Assembly: GCA_026026165.1 (NCBI GenBank)
Contig: JAPEUD010000003.1
Location: 558,001 to 622,000 of the forward strand
Source of the DNA: Sarea resinae
Lineage: Eukaryota
Length of the DNA: 64,000 nucleotides
Direction: 5' to 3'
Positions 1 through 12,872 of this stretch are shown here, one piece after another. Under the pieces are notes generated by a model. The model was not told the DNA's origin. It saw only the letters and a program-made list of their open reading frames with translations, and searched no databases. Positions within the stretch are counted from its first letter, which is position 1. Each line of letters starts with the position of its first letter. The translations under genes and the position numbers were made by a program.

Positions 1-2460
1 GGGGAGAGACACAGTAGTGGAGACTACTCTACTACTTTACGGCACGGCCCTCATTTAGGCTCTGCCTGAGTCCTCGCCCCCCAAAAACCTCTTTCCTTGG
101 GCCTTTGCTTTTTGGAATCAATCAATTAAGCACTCTGCTGACTTGCGTAGGTCGGCCGGTGCACGTACCAATGCAAGCGATTTATTGCGTGTTAATATTG
201 ATAGGATGAGAAGAAGGGAAATTGAAGGCGGCGACTGGAGTAGGTTAGTAAGGTCGGGTACTTGAAGATACCAATATTGGCGCGAGCCCAGTCGTTCAAG
301 GGTGGTCCTTGGCTGGCGAGGACGGGAGAGAGAGCCTGTGGTCAGTGAGAGACGAGACCAGACGAACGCAATGGTAAGGCTGCCAAAAGCCTCCGCTCAT
401 CCTTCAAGCTCTGCCCCTGTGAGATTACTTTGCGCGCATAGGCCGCCACTATGGTTGAATTTTTATTGGATTAAGGCTTTTTCTCTCTCTTCCGTGCATG
501 AAGGCTAAGGTACGATAGAATACAGGCACGAAGCCAATGGATGCTCGATAGAAACTATGGAAACTCAAAGTGGGGGGTTGGTGGGGTGCCTCAGCTGAGG
601 TGAGCGCGTTCCGAAGTCGGAAATATCAGTTGAAGAGATTTCGAGAGATTGCAAAGGCTGAAGCAGGCATCATTGCTGTTCGTGTGCGCGATGCCAAGTA
701 TGAGGCTTGAAGAGATCTTGAGGAGAGGCTGATTGGAGAAGAAGGGGGGTGGGACACAGGAGATACAGGAGATGACGATGATTAGAAATTGCGTGCTCGA
801 GACGAAGAGGAGAATAGCGCCGTCAGCCATCATCAAACTTTTTCGTTTAGCAGTAGCAGCAGCATCAGGTAGGTAGCCAATGCTGTCAACCAAGGCGAGC
901 CCAATGATGAAGTCGAAGCCAAAAGTCAGGTATCGTCAGAGTATCTTGAACTCAAATCCTATTTTGTCCGCTTTGCAGCTTAGTGGAGTCAACTAGAGCG
1001 CGGCTGCAGTACCGAGTTTAACCTGTTCCTACCTCCTCTTTGCCTCTCCCTGGTCGTTGATGTTCCGGGTCCTGGTCGATTGCTTGCGTGCCTTGTCTTG
1101 CTTTTTCCTCTTCGCCTTGTCTCTCTGACTACTACGATGCATGATGCTCAGGTAGAGCATGTTCATTTGCTCATCGATCTGCATCGTGGATTGATCAATG
1201 CTTCATGAGGAACAGAGTTGACCGATGTTCAATGGATGCTCCTGACCTGCAGGGGAGATATTGGTACAGTAGACACAACACTCTACGGAGTAGTACCCGA
1301 AGTGCTTCATTCAGTTCCTACGTGCCTACCTCCCTACCTACATTGCATGATACATCGATATCTGCAATCTGACGATTCGAGATGCTGTTCCGTACTTAGT
1401 TCGTACTCCGTACTTCGTACATCCTCCTGCGTACATCCTACTGCGTACACGATCCCCTCCCCTCCATTCCCCTCGTCCCATCTCGTCTCGTTCGTCTTCC
1501 ACTCCACCCCCCCGTCTCATCCCTACCATGTTCGCTCGACCTTACCTCTTCCCTCTGCGACCTTTCCTACCTGGGCGGCTAGAGCATGTAGGTGACCCGA
1601 GGTCGCCGTGCCCTCATTCACTCTCCCTAGTGATGCCCGTAGTTCTCTCCCCATATTCTCTGTTCCTACGTTACCCTCTCCAGTGCTCTTCTCTGTGGCC
1701 TGCCAAATCCCCTACAATACATAACCTTCGGCTCTCCCTCTCCCCCCCACCCCACGCGGCGTGGGACAAACCGTCAGCTTCTCCACACTTTGTGTTCACT
1801 GCACGTTTGCGACACCACTGGGATCTCCATTTGACTGACGCCCACTGACGCCTGAGACCTGTCACGATTGTCGTACGCATTTCGCCATACCATATACTCG
1901 GGCTCGTTTCTGGTCGGTCTTTTGTCTTGCCTGCAATAAACGGTAGTGGTTGCGGAGAGCCACCGACGCGCTTCTGCCTCCGGCATATTTCGCATCACGC
2001 GGCAAAAGAGAAAGTACTCGAACTCGAGACGAGAGGGGCCCGCATGCTACGACGTACGACTTGACTCGAAATCGCCGGACAGGCTGCAACGCTTGCAACG
2101 CACGTGTAAATAGCTAGGTGATGGGCGGTTTATGAGCAGAGCGTTCACCGATCTATTCGAAGTCATACGACCACTTGCGCGGAGCGACGCACTCTCGAGG
2201 ATCAACCACGTCGACGTCATCCTTTGCCTTTGGGCTTACTGCTGTCGCAGGGACCGTGAGAGATTCCTTGCCTCTACGACATCCGAGATTTTCTCTAGCA
2301 GGATAGGCTTCATTGCTGTGCAGACGGTTCATGAGTCAACGGATTGGATTCCGATAAATTTCACCACTGCCGCCGGCATACGGCTTTTTTAACTCGCGTT
2401 TATTGAGAGCGAAATATCTGGAAATCGTGGGATATGACTGCGGTATTGCATGGAGGACAT

Positions 2461-5400
2461 ATGACCAAGAAAGAGCCACAGTTCGAGCGGAAAATGGCGA
2501 TGGACTCGAAAATTCCAGCTCATGTGGTGGAGGAGAGATCCCGAGCTAGAAGTCATGAGGATGACGATGACGAAACTATGGGGAACGCAAGTCAAGATGA
2601 TGGCTCTAGCGGTCCGTCAAAGAAGAAGAGAAGAAGCAGAAAGGATCTAGACAAGAAGTTTGAGTGTCCTCATGAAGGGTGTGGCAAGAGCTATTCTCGC
2701 GCGGAGCACCTCTACCGGCATCAACTAAATCGTGAGCTTGATTCGCCCCGCCAGTCCCATTCACATGCTGACAGTGACGTAGACACGCCCAAACAAATAT
2801 TTCATTGCGATTTTCCGGACTGCCCTCGATCGTTCGTTCGGCAAGACCTCTGTGCTCGGCACAAGGAGAGACATACAGCTCGAGGCTCTCAACTACAGCG
2901 GAAAGATGCTTTTGCTCACAGCTATAGTCCTCTCTCAAGTTCAATCAAGTCCGAGAAGCTAGGGCCATCGAGGCCGCCAAACGATGCTTTTTCAGACGGT
3001 AGGAATCACCCGAGTGGCAATATGCACGTGTCACCGGCAGACTCAAAAGCAAATGTCTTCGCGCCCACGTCGGCTCCGATGCAAAGACCGATGAACAGCT
3101 CCTCTGGCCCAATGGCGTTAGACCAAAATGTACAGCAAACTCGGTCCGATGCCAGCTTAAATCGATCTTTAAGTGATGGCAACTACCGTTCGGATAATGT
3201 CGGCGGTGGTTACAATGCAAGGCCAGGGGGAATACCCATTGCGACTTACGACTCACATTCGAGACACGCCAGCTTTGGAACGATGGATGCACAACGACCA
3301 CAAATCTCACCTCCCACGAGCAATCCAGGCTTTGCACGCCCTCCGGTGCAGAGCCCGCTGGGAACCGCGAATATGGATGGCTTATCATTATCATCTCCTT
3401 ACAATACTACTTCAGCACCTTCGCAAGGGTTCAATACGATTCCAATGAGCACTGGAAATCCAAGCCGACCTTACATGGCTCAGCAAAACTTTCCGCCTCT
3501 AACTTCTCTTCCACCACCTACTTTCTCCACAATCAGCCAAACGACGCCCTCGCGGAGCTCCGAAGGCACATACACCACTTCACCCCCAACGAGCTCTACA
3601 TCAATAGACCAGACTTCCGGCGAGGGGTCAATACCGGCTACCGTAGGGACAGACCCAGGATTACTCGACCAGATGACGGCTTCGTATTCGATACCTGTCT
3701 TTGGTGGGGAAGGCTACAGTCGATCACCATTTGCTATGGCGGATGATTTTGCAGCTTGGCTTTTCGCCGAGCCGACTCACTTTAGCCAGCCATCGCCAAT
3801 GGGTCGGGGGCAAACAGGGTGGCCGGCCCTTCCGGAAGGCATGATGGGACAGGTTCCCTATTTCCCAAGCGATGTGTCCTTGGGCGGCCAATTTCCTCCA
3901 AGCATTCCACAACAGCATCCAATGGCTGTGACTTCAATACTCGACACAAGCCTACCAGAATCTATCTTGTCCGAAGAGAAGAGACAGGAGCTGCTGGATC
4001 TGATCATCATGCGATTCAATGAGACCGATCATGCTCCAGTCAAGAAACAGAAAGAGGTGCTCCTCGAGGGGGATCGGGACCAGGATAATCATGTTCTGAG
4101 TCTTCATATGATGCAGACGTACATTGGCTCGTTTTGGTATCATTTTCATCCGCAGCTGCCGATACTTCATAAACCGACTTTCGTCGCCGACAAGACACAG
4201 AATCTGTTGCTGATTGCAATGATGGCAATTGGAGCCTCGTGTTTGGATAAGATGCATGGTCACGGTGTGACGACAGCTAGCTCTGAGCTTTCAAGTTTCC
4301 TTGCCTGGCATTTGCGATGGGAGACATTCAGTGATGCTGACTTCAGGCCGCCTGCGAAATTATGGGTGTTTCAAGCTCTGCTGCTATTGGAGCTTTATGA
4401 GAAGATGTATTCAACCCGAGCCTTGCATGAGCGAGCTCATATTCACCATGCTACGACTATTACCTTGATGCGGCGAGGAAGCTCCTTGATTGGCAGATCA
4501 GCGTTGGACTCGCCGCCCAGCGTGCGAGATGACAAGGGACACGGCTTGAACGGCTCGAGTCACACGTCTGGTTCTAGCACGCCCGATGAATGGTGGAATC
4601 ACTGGATCACCAATGAAGCTACGCGGAGGGCTGCTTTCGTGGCTTTCGTCATCGACTCGACACATGCCACTATGTTCGGCCATTCTGCGGTCATGGTTGC
4701 CCACGAGATGCGTTTACCTCTGCCCTGCGACGAGGCGCTTTGGTCTGCCACAAGTAGCGCCGAGGTGGGTAGGGTTGAGGCCAGCCTACATGCCAACGGA
4801 GTGAAGCCGACCACATTTCTGGACGGCCTGAAAAAGACCCTTAACGGGCAGACGGTTCGCACAAACTCCTTTGGACGCACTATCCTCATGGCTGGTCTCT
4901 TGAGCGTCAGCTGGCACATGAACCAACGGGATCTTCAAGTCAGCTCCCTAGGCGTCAGCCAAGCCCTTGGCGGTCGAGACCGATGGCGCGGCTCACTCAC
5001 TCGGGCATTCGACTTCTGGAAACAGGACTTCGATCAAGCACTCACATCCAACGATGGTTTTCAAGAACCCTACCGCCAGCGCTATGCCGGCTCCGATCTC
5101 GACGACGACAATATCTATGAGAGTCGAACAGTACTTCATCACCTCGCTCACATGGCCATGCACGTCGATATTGTCGACTGCCAAATCTTTGCTGGCGCCG
5201 GCCGTCTGCTGGGTCGAACCATCACACCGCAAGACTACAGCAGCGCCCAGCGTCGCATGAAAGAGAGCTGGGCGCCCACGGCCCGTGCACGCGATGCCAC
5301 CTTCTACGCCCTGTCATTTCTGCGGCAGGTGCTTCTATCCGAGACTCGATTGGGTATGCAGGGGTCATTGCAACCAACTGACGAGCTCGAATACTCAGCT

Positions 5401-5778
5401 CGTGACGATTTTCTATTGAATAGACCGTGGGTCCTCTATTTTGCCACCCTGGTCGTTTGGTCCTATGGCTATGCCCTCGACGGACCCCTCTCACAATCGG
5501 TTCCTTCCCACCAACAGCAACACCAACAGCATTCCTATGCTCACCGTTCGCACTTCTCGACCCGTGAGGCCAAGATTGCTGATACTCGTGCTTTCTTGAC
5601 GAGAGTAGGTGGTGTACGCTCGCCGGATGATCTGGCGAGCGTAGGCGGTAGGAACGAGTGTGTGGGACTCTTGATGATCTTAAGAGATTCGTTTCAGAAG
5701 ACTCGTTGGGAGTTGTTGCATGAGGCGGCCATTCTGTTGACTAATTGCTTGGATATGCTGTTTGGTGAGAGGGCATGA
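2461..5778 (+). CDS. C2H2 zinc-finger plus fungal-specific TF domain transcription factor (Zas1/Zms1-like architecture)
   Basis: Long ORF with two C2H2 fingers (CPHEGC...HLYRHQLN[H]; CDFPDC...CARHKERH) and a Fungal_trans-type region (FWYHFHPQLPILHKPTF...RLPLPCDEALW). One 51-nt intron at 2732-2782 (GTGAGC..CTGAC..TAG). The start codon is uncertain among ATGs at 2434-2500. Confidence 0.9.
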   Translation: MTKKEPQFERKMAMDSKIPAHVVEERSRARSHEDDDDETMGNASQDDGSSGPSKKKRRSRKDLDKKFECPHEGCGKSYSRAEHLYRHQLNRELDSPRQSHSHADSDVDTPKQIFHCDFPDCPRSFVRQDLCARHKERHTARGSQLQRKDAFAHSYSPLSSSIKSEKLGPSRPPNDAFSDGRNHPSGNMHVSPADSKANVFAPTSAPMQRPMNSSSGPMALDQNVQQTRSDASLNRSLSDGNYRSDNVGGGYNARPGGIPIATYDSHSRHASFGTMDAQRPQISPPTSNPGFARPPVQSPLGTANMDGLSLSSPYNTTSAPSQGFNTIPMSTGNPSRPYMAQQNFPPLTSLPPPTFSTISQTTPSRSSEGTYTTSPPTSSTSIDQTSGEGSIPATVGTDPGLLDQMTASYSIPVFGGEGYSRSPFAMADDFAAWLFAEPTHFSQPSPMGRGQTGWPALPEGMMGQVPYFPSDVSLGGQFPPSIPQQHPMAVTSILDTSLPESILSEEKRQELLDLIIMRFNETDHAPVKKQKEVLLEGDRDQDNHVLSLHMMQTYIGSFWYHFHPQLPILHKPTFVADKTQNLLLIAMMAIGASCLDKMHGHGVTTASSELSSFLAWHLRWETFSDADFRPPAKLWVFQALLLLELYEKMYSTRALHERAHIHHATTITLMRRGSSLIGRSALDSPPSVRDDKGHGLNGSSHTSGSSTPDEWWNHWITNEATRRAAFVAFVIDSTHATMFGHSAVMVAHEMRLPLPCDEALWSATSSAEVGRVEASLHANGVKPTTFLDGLKKTLNGQTVRTNSFGRTILMAGLLSVSWHMNQRDLQVSSLGVSQALGGRDRWRGSLTRAFDFWKQDFDQALTSNDGFQEPYRQRYAGSDLDDDNIYESRTVLHHLAHMAMHVDIVDCQIFAGAGRLLGRTITPQDYSSAQRRMKESWAPTARARDATFYALSFLRQVLLSETRLGMQGSLQPTDELEYSARDDFLLNRPWVLYFATLVVWSYGYALDGPLSQSVPSHQQQHQQHSYAHRSHFSTREAKIADTRAFLTRVGGVRSPDDLASVGGRNECVGLLMILRDSFQKTRWELLHEAAILLTNCLDMLFGERA

Positions 5779-6279
5779 GGGGCGATGAAGGTGAGGGAAC
5801 ACCAACAATATATGGACTGAAAGTAAGGAGTGGGGATACCATGGAAAGGTTAATTTGTCAGGGGTTCTCCACTTATTTGGTTGTATCTTTTGATCATGTT
5901 TGTCGATTTTGATGTCTTTTGTCTTTGAAAAGAGCCATACACGCGGGAAGGATAACATCTTATGGGCGGGCCATTAACACACATACACAGCCACGCAGAC
6001 CACAGGATCGGGCGGAAACTTTGCTGCTCTCTCGTATACGGAATCGACTGAATCAATTCGATCGATCTACTTGCGCGCATATCCGGTGTTACTATTTTCT
6101 TTCTCCTGACAACTTTTGCGTGGGATATATCTATGCATAAATGGGTGGATGGCTAAATGGCTGGACGGACGGACGGCATGTCGGATGGGCATCATGGGCA
6201 TTGATTTTTGTTTTTCCCCTTCTTTGGTTGGACCAGAACCGGTCGATGGATTTTTATTCCTTGGTCATTAACTTTTGCT

Positions 6280-7030
6280 TTTTTCCCTTTTTTTTTCTTT
6301 CTCTTTTCACTCTCCTCGCTCTTCAGCCCTGTATGTTCCATTTTCTCTTTATTTCTGCTTCCGCTGAACAGCGACCCCCCTTTTTTTCTCTCTCTCTTCT
6401 TGGGTTCGGAGCGGATGGCATGTCAGAAATTTGGAGATTTGGCACTTTGATCTTTCTGTTAGGCTGCGGTTTGGAAAGGATTCGGAATACCCCAACCACT
6501 ACCACTACCACCACCACCGTGACTTTCATGCTGTTGTGTGGGCTTTGCGTGGCTTTGCATGGCATGGCATGGCATGGCATGGCATGGCTTATATTGTACT
6601 CGTTACCACCTTTACCTACCTTACTATACTCAGTCTATTCATAGCGTGACACCAAGTCTTTCTTACTTTGCAAAGTTGACGCCATACCTCTCTCACTCTT
6701 TACTTTCTTACCTCGGTCAGGGTGCAGCATGATGCTATCCCTTCATCTAATGAGAGGAAAGATAGGTAGGTGGGTTTGCAATTATGTGAGAATTGTGAGA
6801 ATTGTGACTTGTGGCTTTGTGGTTACTTTTTTTTTCTCCTCTTACGTGCCCGGGGTTTTGTGTGGTAGGATAGGCCCCACTATAGCCTTCTTTCTTCGAT
6901 GTTGTTCTATGTCTATTCTATGTCTGTTCTATTCTATTCTTATCTACTCGGCTCTGCTCTGCTCTGGTCTGTTCTAGTCGAACAAAGGAGAAAAGAGGAA
7001 AGAGGAAAGAGGAAGAGGGAAAAAGGCGAG
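6280..7030. repeat. Simple-repeat mosaic between convergent genes
   Basis: T-rich tracts, (CAC/CTAC-like)n near 6494-6517, (GCATG)n at 6557-6588, (TTCTA/CTCTG)n near 6905-6975 and a purine tract. Confidence 0.8.
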
Positions 7031-7220
7031 CGCCTGATCTATATATCCGAAATGTACGACACACGATGTCTATATCTGTACCTGTGTCCAAAAGGTTTGT
7101 GGAGCATTATCTTCCCCTCTCCCCTGTCATCTATTTATAATGTCCTGCCCAGCCCTTCTCTTAACGGGCGGACGAGCCAAGCAAGACGATCGATCGATCG
7201 ATCAACCATTAAACCAAGCC

Positions 7221-8051
7221 TTACTGCTTCAGACAACTCCTCACGGCGGCCTCCATCCAGATCTTAGTATAGACACGATGCAAGAACTGGATCCAAGGCG
7301 GCATGGGCTCATCGACGGACCGGCCCAGGCCCTGGAAGAAGAGGCTCTTGAGCTCGAACACGGCGACGTCCTGGCCCTCGTCCACGCGCGCGACCATCTC
7401 GAACAGGCCGTCGCTCTCGCGCACCTCGGTCTTCAGCGGCGAGTCTCCGCATCGCACCGTGATCGACTCGGGCGTGTGCGCGATCACTTCGAAGTGGTCG
7501 GTGATCTTGGTGCCGACCGGGTAGCTGGAACTGCGCAGCGAGGACAGCGACCAGAGTTGGTCCGGGTGTGCGGACTTGTATTTGCGGGACAGGTAGTAGC
7601 GCTGGATGGAGTAGCCTGTTGGTCGTCGTCGGCGTCATTGGGTTAGTCATGGCTGACTTGAGCTACTAATGTGATAATGTTTTGGTGGTGGAGAGCGATG
7701 GTTGAAATGGAAAAGCGACTGAGGGAGATAGGTTCAAAACATACCAATGCCCCCGTATATTCCCTGGCAGAAGGCCTCGACCAGTCTCCCCTTCTCCTCG
7801 ACCAGCTCGGGCTTCAGGTTCTTCAGCGGCACTCTTCGCACGCACATGTCATGCATCGTCTTGTTATCCTCCGGGTTGAATCGCTTGTACTGCGACGAGC
7901 TGAAGAGAGAGTCGGCGGCCCCCGTGTCTGAAGGCGGCTGGTACGGCTCGAACCGCGATTGGTATGTTAGATAGTACCAGCCGCCGCTGGCGACGGCGGC
8001 CGTGCCGACTGTGAGCCGTGTTAGGTTTCGGAGGCTGCGGAGGACGCCCAT
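7221..8051 (-). CDS. Conserved hypothetical fungal protein with a basic N-terminus and a hydrophobic segment (possibly mitochondrial)
   Basis: Exons 8051-7745 and 7615-7221, intron GTATGT..CTAAC..CAG. Joined protein MGVLRSLRNL...FCQGIYGGIGYSIQRYYL...ITDHFEVI...VRCGDSP...HRVYTKIWMEAAVRSCLKQ, with strong codon bias. Confidence 0.85.
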
Positions 8052-8882
8052 GGTTGGAGATTTTGGTCGAGGAGATTGGGGGAGAAGGGAGAGAGAGAAC
8101 GGAGAGGAGAAGAGAGAGAGGAGGAGAGAGGGAAGAGGGGAGAGGTCAGACGGGCGGCGTTGGGTCAGCTCTAGAATCGTGAGGCTGAGATGGACAAGAC
8201 GGGCTGGAGCTGAGCCGGAAGATCTCTCACTCTCACTCTCACTTTCTTTGTTCGAGCATCCGAATTCGCGCGGCGCCGGGTATCGCACCGGTCTGATTGG
8301 TGCACTGGCGCTCTCGTTGTATCCTCGTCTCCTCTACGTCACTGCTTACCTAAGGAGCCCCGTACCTTGCCTTCCGACAGGAGTCACTTTGCTCCCTACA
8401 GCGTTACAGCGGACCATCTCAGCTGCGATCGACGGAACGAAGGCGATGCATGGATGGAGGAAGATTGACTGAATGATAGCAACGGATAGGCTTGCGGATT
8501 GGCACTCCATGGTTCTCCGTTTGAGTTTCTTTTGCCATCGAGTAGAGCTATTAGTAGACTGGTGATGGTTTGGCATTCGAAAAGCAACCATGCCACCACC
8601 CCCACAACCCCACTACTCTAGATGCGTATGGCCACTCCCTCCGGAGTGACCTGGATCGGCCTGCCATGCATGACTGGATTCAAAGCATCCATCTGGATCC
8701 ATTGCCATTGCGCTGCACCGTCCTTCAACCTATCTTACCCTACCTATCGTCGCATGTCCAACGACTCTACCAACAACAGCCATCGGGTGACGACATCGAT
8801 TACATTCCATTGATTGTTCGCGCATCCTCCAACCAAACGCCTCCGACGACCGGTGGTCACGCGCAACACCCCACCAGCCATC

Positions 8883-9939
8883 ATGCCCCGCGATCTCGAA
8901 GCAGAGCGTACCTTCGTGCTCGGTCTCGGCGAAGAAGGCACCTCTTCCTCCTCCAACGCCGACAGTGACGAGAATACCTCCAGCGAGCTACCAGAGCATC
9001 TTCGAAAGGCCCAGGAGAAGTTCGATCTGCACCCCTATGTCAGACCGCTGACGCTCGCCGACTGGGATAGTGTCTTGAAGTTGGAGGAGGCCACGTTCCC
9101 GGAGAGGGAGAGGCCGGGGAGAGAGAAGAAGGTACGGGCTTCTGTTTGCGCTTGGGGGGACGATAGGAGTTTGTATGCGTGTGCTTCTGTTTTGGGTTCT
9201 ATACTGGTGGGGTGCAATGATTGAACTCTAGGTTCTTTGCCGCTCCCATACCACTTTTGCGCTGCGTTTTGCTGCTAATTTTGGTCTGAATGTCTGCATC
9301 AATTCTATCAAGATTGTTCGTTTCGCTGGGTTGCTGACTTGCTGACTTGGACCAGTGGGCCTATCGATTGGCAGTTTGTAGCGAACTCACCTTGGGCCTT
9401 TTCTCAACTGGCGGCCCAGGCTCAGACGTAAAAGGAGCCTTGACAGCCGACGCTGCTCGGCCTCCTGACTCCACCAAGCCGGAAAAGAAAGGCGTGCTCC
9501 TCGCATTCATTGTCGGAACCAAATGTGTCAGCCCCACCGTCACGGATGCCTCAATGGAAGTGCCCTTGGACTGGAAAGAGGCGCCGTCAAAAAACGCCAA
9601 TCTGGGCCACCAGGAAGAAGGCAGCACTGTGGCGCTACATGGTCTTGCTGTCCTTCCAGAGTATCAACACAAGGGGCTTGGCACTACGATTCTCAAGTCA
9701 TACATCCAGAGGATCAAGGATGCGAATGTTAGTGAGAGGATAGCGATTATCTGCCACGAGGATTTGATCCCGTTTTATGAGAGTTGTGGATTCGTTGCCA
9801 AGGGCAAGAGCCCAGTGACGTTTGGTGGTGGTGATTGGATTGATATGGTATGGCTGGTTCATGGTCGAATACTTTCCGTGGATCAGTTGCTAACAAGCTG
9901 TAGGTTCTTGAGTTCAGCGAGATCAAGGACGATGATTGA
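8883..9939 (+). CDS. GNAT-family N-acetyltransferase (polyamine/arylalkylamine acetyltransferase-like)
   Basis: Exons 8883-9131, 9356-9847, 9904-9939. Motifs HPYVRPLT..LEEATFPERER, LHGLAVLPEYQHKGLGT (acetyl-CoA motif A), LIPFYESCGF and FGGGDWIDMVLEF. Confidence 0.88.
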
Positions 9940-10385
9940 GCGTTATGATCGAACGGTCAGTCCTCATGTTAAAAGTCTACTTGCTTGGATGGCCCCTCAG
10001 ATCTCTCCATGTAAGAAGGGCGATATTTCATCCCCTCAAAAGTGTAGAATTAGTCTATGTCATGAGCATGATCCATGGGAGGATGGAGAAACATCAGAAA
10101 AAGTCTGACATTGAGATCATCTTGTTATGAATTGTTGTCAGCATGCGATATGGCCGACATTGGTGAGTACAGTGATGGATGTACGAAGTACCTCGTAAAT
10201 CGTCAGTGTCGTCGATAGGAAAGTCTAAGCGCGATAAGCGAACCGCTCGCGAACTTTTTCTCCCGACCCACAATAGGTAACTCGATTGCGCCCACCGCCT
10301 TGTACACAAATCTCTACCTAATCTTTCTTATCCAACAAGAAAGTTGGGGACTCGAGGCAGATCACCTCCACCGCCGACAGTCAAG

Positions 10386-12618
10386 ATGAAGACCGTGAGT
10401 AGCCCTGCAGCTTGTTTGGGGACATATCGCTCATCATTCGGTAGACTTGGAAGGAAATCCAGCCCGTGCCCACGAGCGCGGAATTCTTGGACATCGTCCT
10501 GAGTCGAACGCAGCGTCGCCTTCCTACTCAAATCAGATCGGGATTCAAGATCAGTCGTATCAGAGGTTGGTGCAGTCAAGTCCTTGATGGGTTGCTGTCT
10601 GTCAGGCTAATCTTTTCACAGCTTTCTATACGCGCAAAGTCAAATACACCCAAGAGACGTTTTGTGAGAAATTGTCGGCCATTCTCGATGGCTTCCCTCG
10701 GCTGCAGGACATCCATCCATTCCGTAAGCTTTTATTTCAGATCAAATGGTCTTGACGATGCTGGAGGGAAGTGCTAGGTCTCTAACAGCTCGTGTTGCCA
10801 CAGACAAGGACCTTTTGAACACGCTTTACGATGCGGACCACTTCCGGATCGCCCTTGGGCAACTGTCTACCGCAAAACATCTCATCGAGACGGTTTCCAG
10901 AGACTACGTGCGCCTTCTCAAATATGCCCAGTCGCTCTTCCAGTGCAAGCAGCTCAAACGAGCCGCCCTTGGTCGGATGGCTACGATTTGCAGACGGTTG
11001 AAAGATCCCCTACTGTACCTCGAACAGGTCCGGCAACATCTGGGCCGTCTCCCATCCATCGACCCAAACACAAGAACCCTGCTCATCTGCGGCTATCCGA
11101 ACGTAGGGAAATCGAGCTTCTTGAAGAGTGTGACGAGAGCGGATGTGGATGTTCAACCCTATGCTTTCACGACGAAGAGTTTGTTCGTCGGCCATTTCGA
11201 TTACAAATATCTTCGATTCCAGGCCATCGACACGCCCGGGATCTTAGATCACCCGCTTGAGGAGATGAACACCATTGAGATGCAGTCAATCACGGCGATT
11301 GCCCATCTGCGATCCGCCATTCTCTATTTCATGGACCTCTCCGAGCAGTGCGGCTACTCCGTTTCTGATCAGATCAAGCTCTTCAACAGCATCAAGCCCT
11401 TATTCGCTAACAAGCTAGTCTTTGTCGTGATCAACAAGATTGATGTTGCGAGGCCGGAAGACCTCGACGCCGAGACGCAAGCAGAACTGCAATCCCTTCT
11501 CAAGCCCGGTGATGTCGAGCTCCTGCAACTGTCGTGCACGACCTCAGAAGGCGTCATGGAGGTCCGCAATGCTGCGTGCGAGCGGCTCATTGCCGATCGA
11601 GTTGCCGCAAAGCTGAAGTCGGGCACGAACACTGGCGGCACCATTGGTGGCCGTCTTGGCGATGTCCTCACCCGTATCCATGTGGCGCAGCCCCTCGGAG
11701 GCGTCACTCGCGAGACTTTCATCCCCGAAGCCGTCAAGTCCCTCAAGAAGTACGAGAAGGATGATCCCATGCGCCACCGACTCGAACGCGACATCGAAGA
11801 AGAGGAGGGCGGCGCGGGTGTCTACAACATCGACCTCAAGAAGAAATATATGCTCGAATCGGACGAGTGGAAACACGACAAGATCCCCGAAGTGTTTGAC
11901 GGCAAGAACGTCTACGATTTCGTGGATGCGGACATTGAGGCCAAGCTGGCCGCGCTCGAAGAAGAGGAAGAGAAACTGGAAGCGGAGGGCTTCTACAACT
12001 CGGACGACGACGTCGAGGACGCCGAAGATGCCGAGATCCGCGCCAAGGCCGAGCTCATCCGCGAGAAACGCCAGCTCATCCGCAACGCGGCCAAGATGAA
12101 GAAGTCTCTCAAGAACCGCGCCATCATCCCGCGCTCGGCCAAGGCCAAGAAGCTCTCGGAGATGGAATCGCATCTCGAGTCGCTGGGCCACGACACCACG
12201 TCCGTGTCGGCGCGCGCGCGCTCCCAGTCCCGCGGCCGTAGTGTGTTGCGGTCTCGCGCCGCCACCGAGGACGCCATGGACGTGGATTCACCGGCAGGTG
12301 GGAGTGCGCGTGACGCAGCGCTCGCCCGGGCCAAGAGCCGCAACCGCAGCCAGAGCGGCGTCAATAGGCGCGAAGACGGCGTCACGGACCTGACGTCGCG
12401 AAGCAAGGCGGAGCGGCTGGCGAAGCTGGGCCAGAAGAAGATGAACCGCATGGCGAGACAGGGCGAGGCCGATCGACATACCACGTCTGCGCTGCCCAAG
12501 CATCTGGTGAGTTATTTTTTTTCTTTTCCTCCTGAATCGTTTTTGGTTCGTGGCTGACTCTGTCGTGTGTGATTAGTTCTCGGGTAAACGCGGCATGGGC
12601 AAGACGCAAAGACGTTAG
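10386..12618 (+). CDS. NOG1: Nucleolar GTP-binding protein 1 (60S biogenesis GTPase)
   Basis: Introns 10395-10444, 10566-10621, 10724-10803, 12507-12576. [19 protein letters not shown]1 [23 protein letters not shown], and C-terminal [17 protein letters not shown]. Confidence 0.97.
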
Positions 12619-12839
12619 GCTTTTCGATGTTCGGCTTGGTCGTGTTGGTTCGCAGGTTCGCTCGTCGGTTGGTTGGTTCGTTGGCCGGCTGGCTGCGTGG
12701 TTGTTTGGTTCTTTATTGACGGCTTCTCTTGTTTCTTCTACTACTTCTACTCCATGGACGGCACCGTGTAGTCCATGTGCATCCGACGAAGCTTTACGAT
12801 TTCAGTTTCCACGTTCCAGTTGATTGCATAGGGTCTCGG

Positions 12840-12840
12840 G

Positions 12841-12872
<32 letters not shown>

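Noticed and set aside
6141..6977. Hydrophobic ORFs downstream of the C2H2 TF
   Set aside because: They are products of T-rich 3'UTR and SSR sequence.
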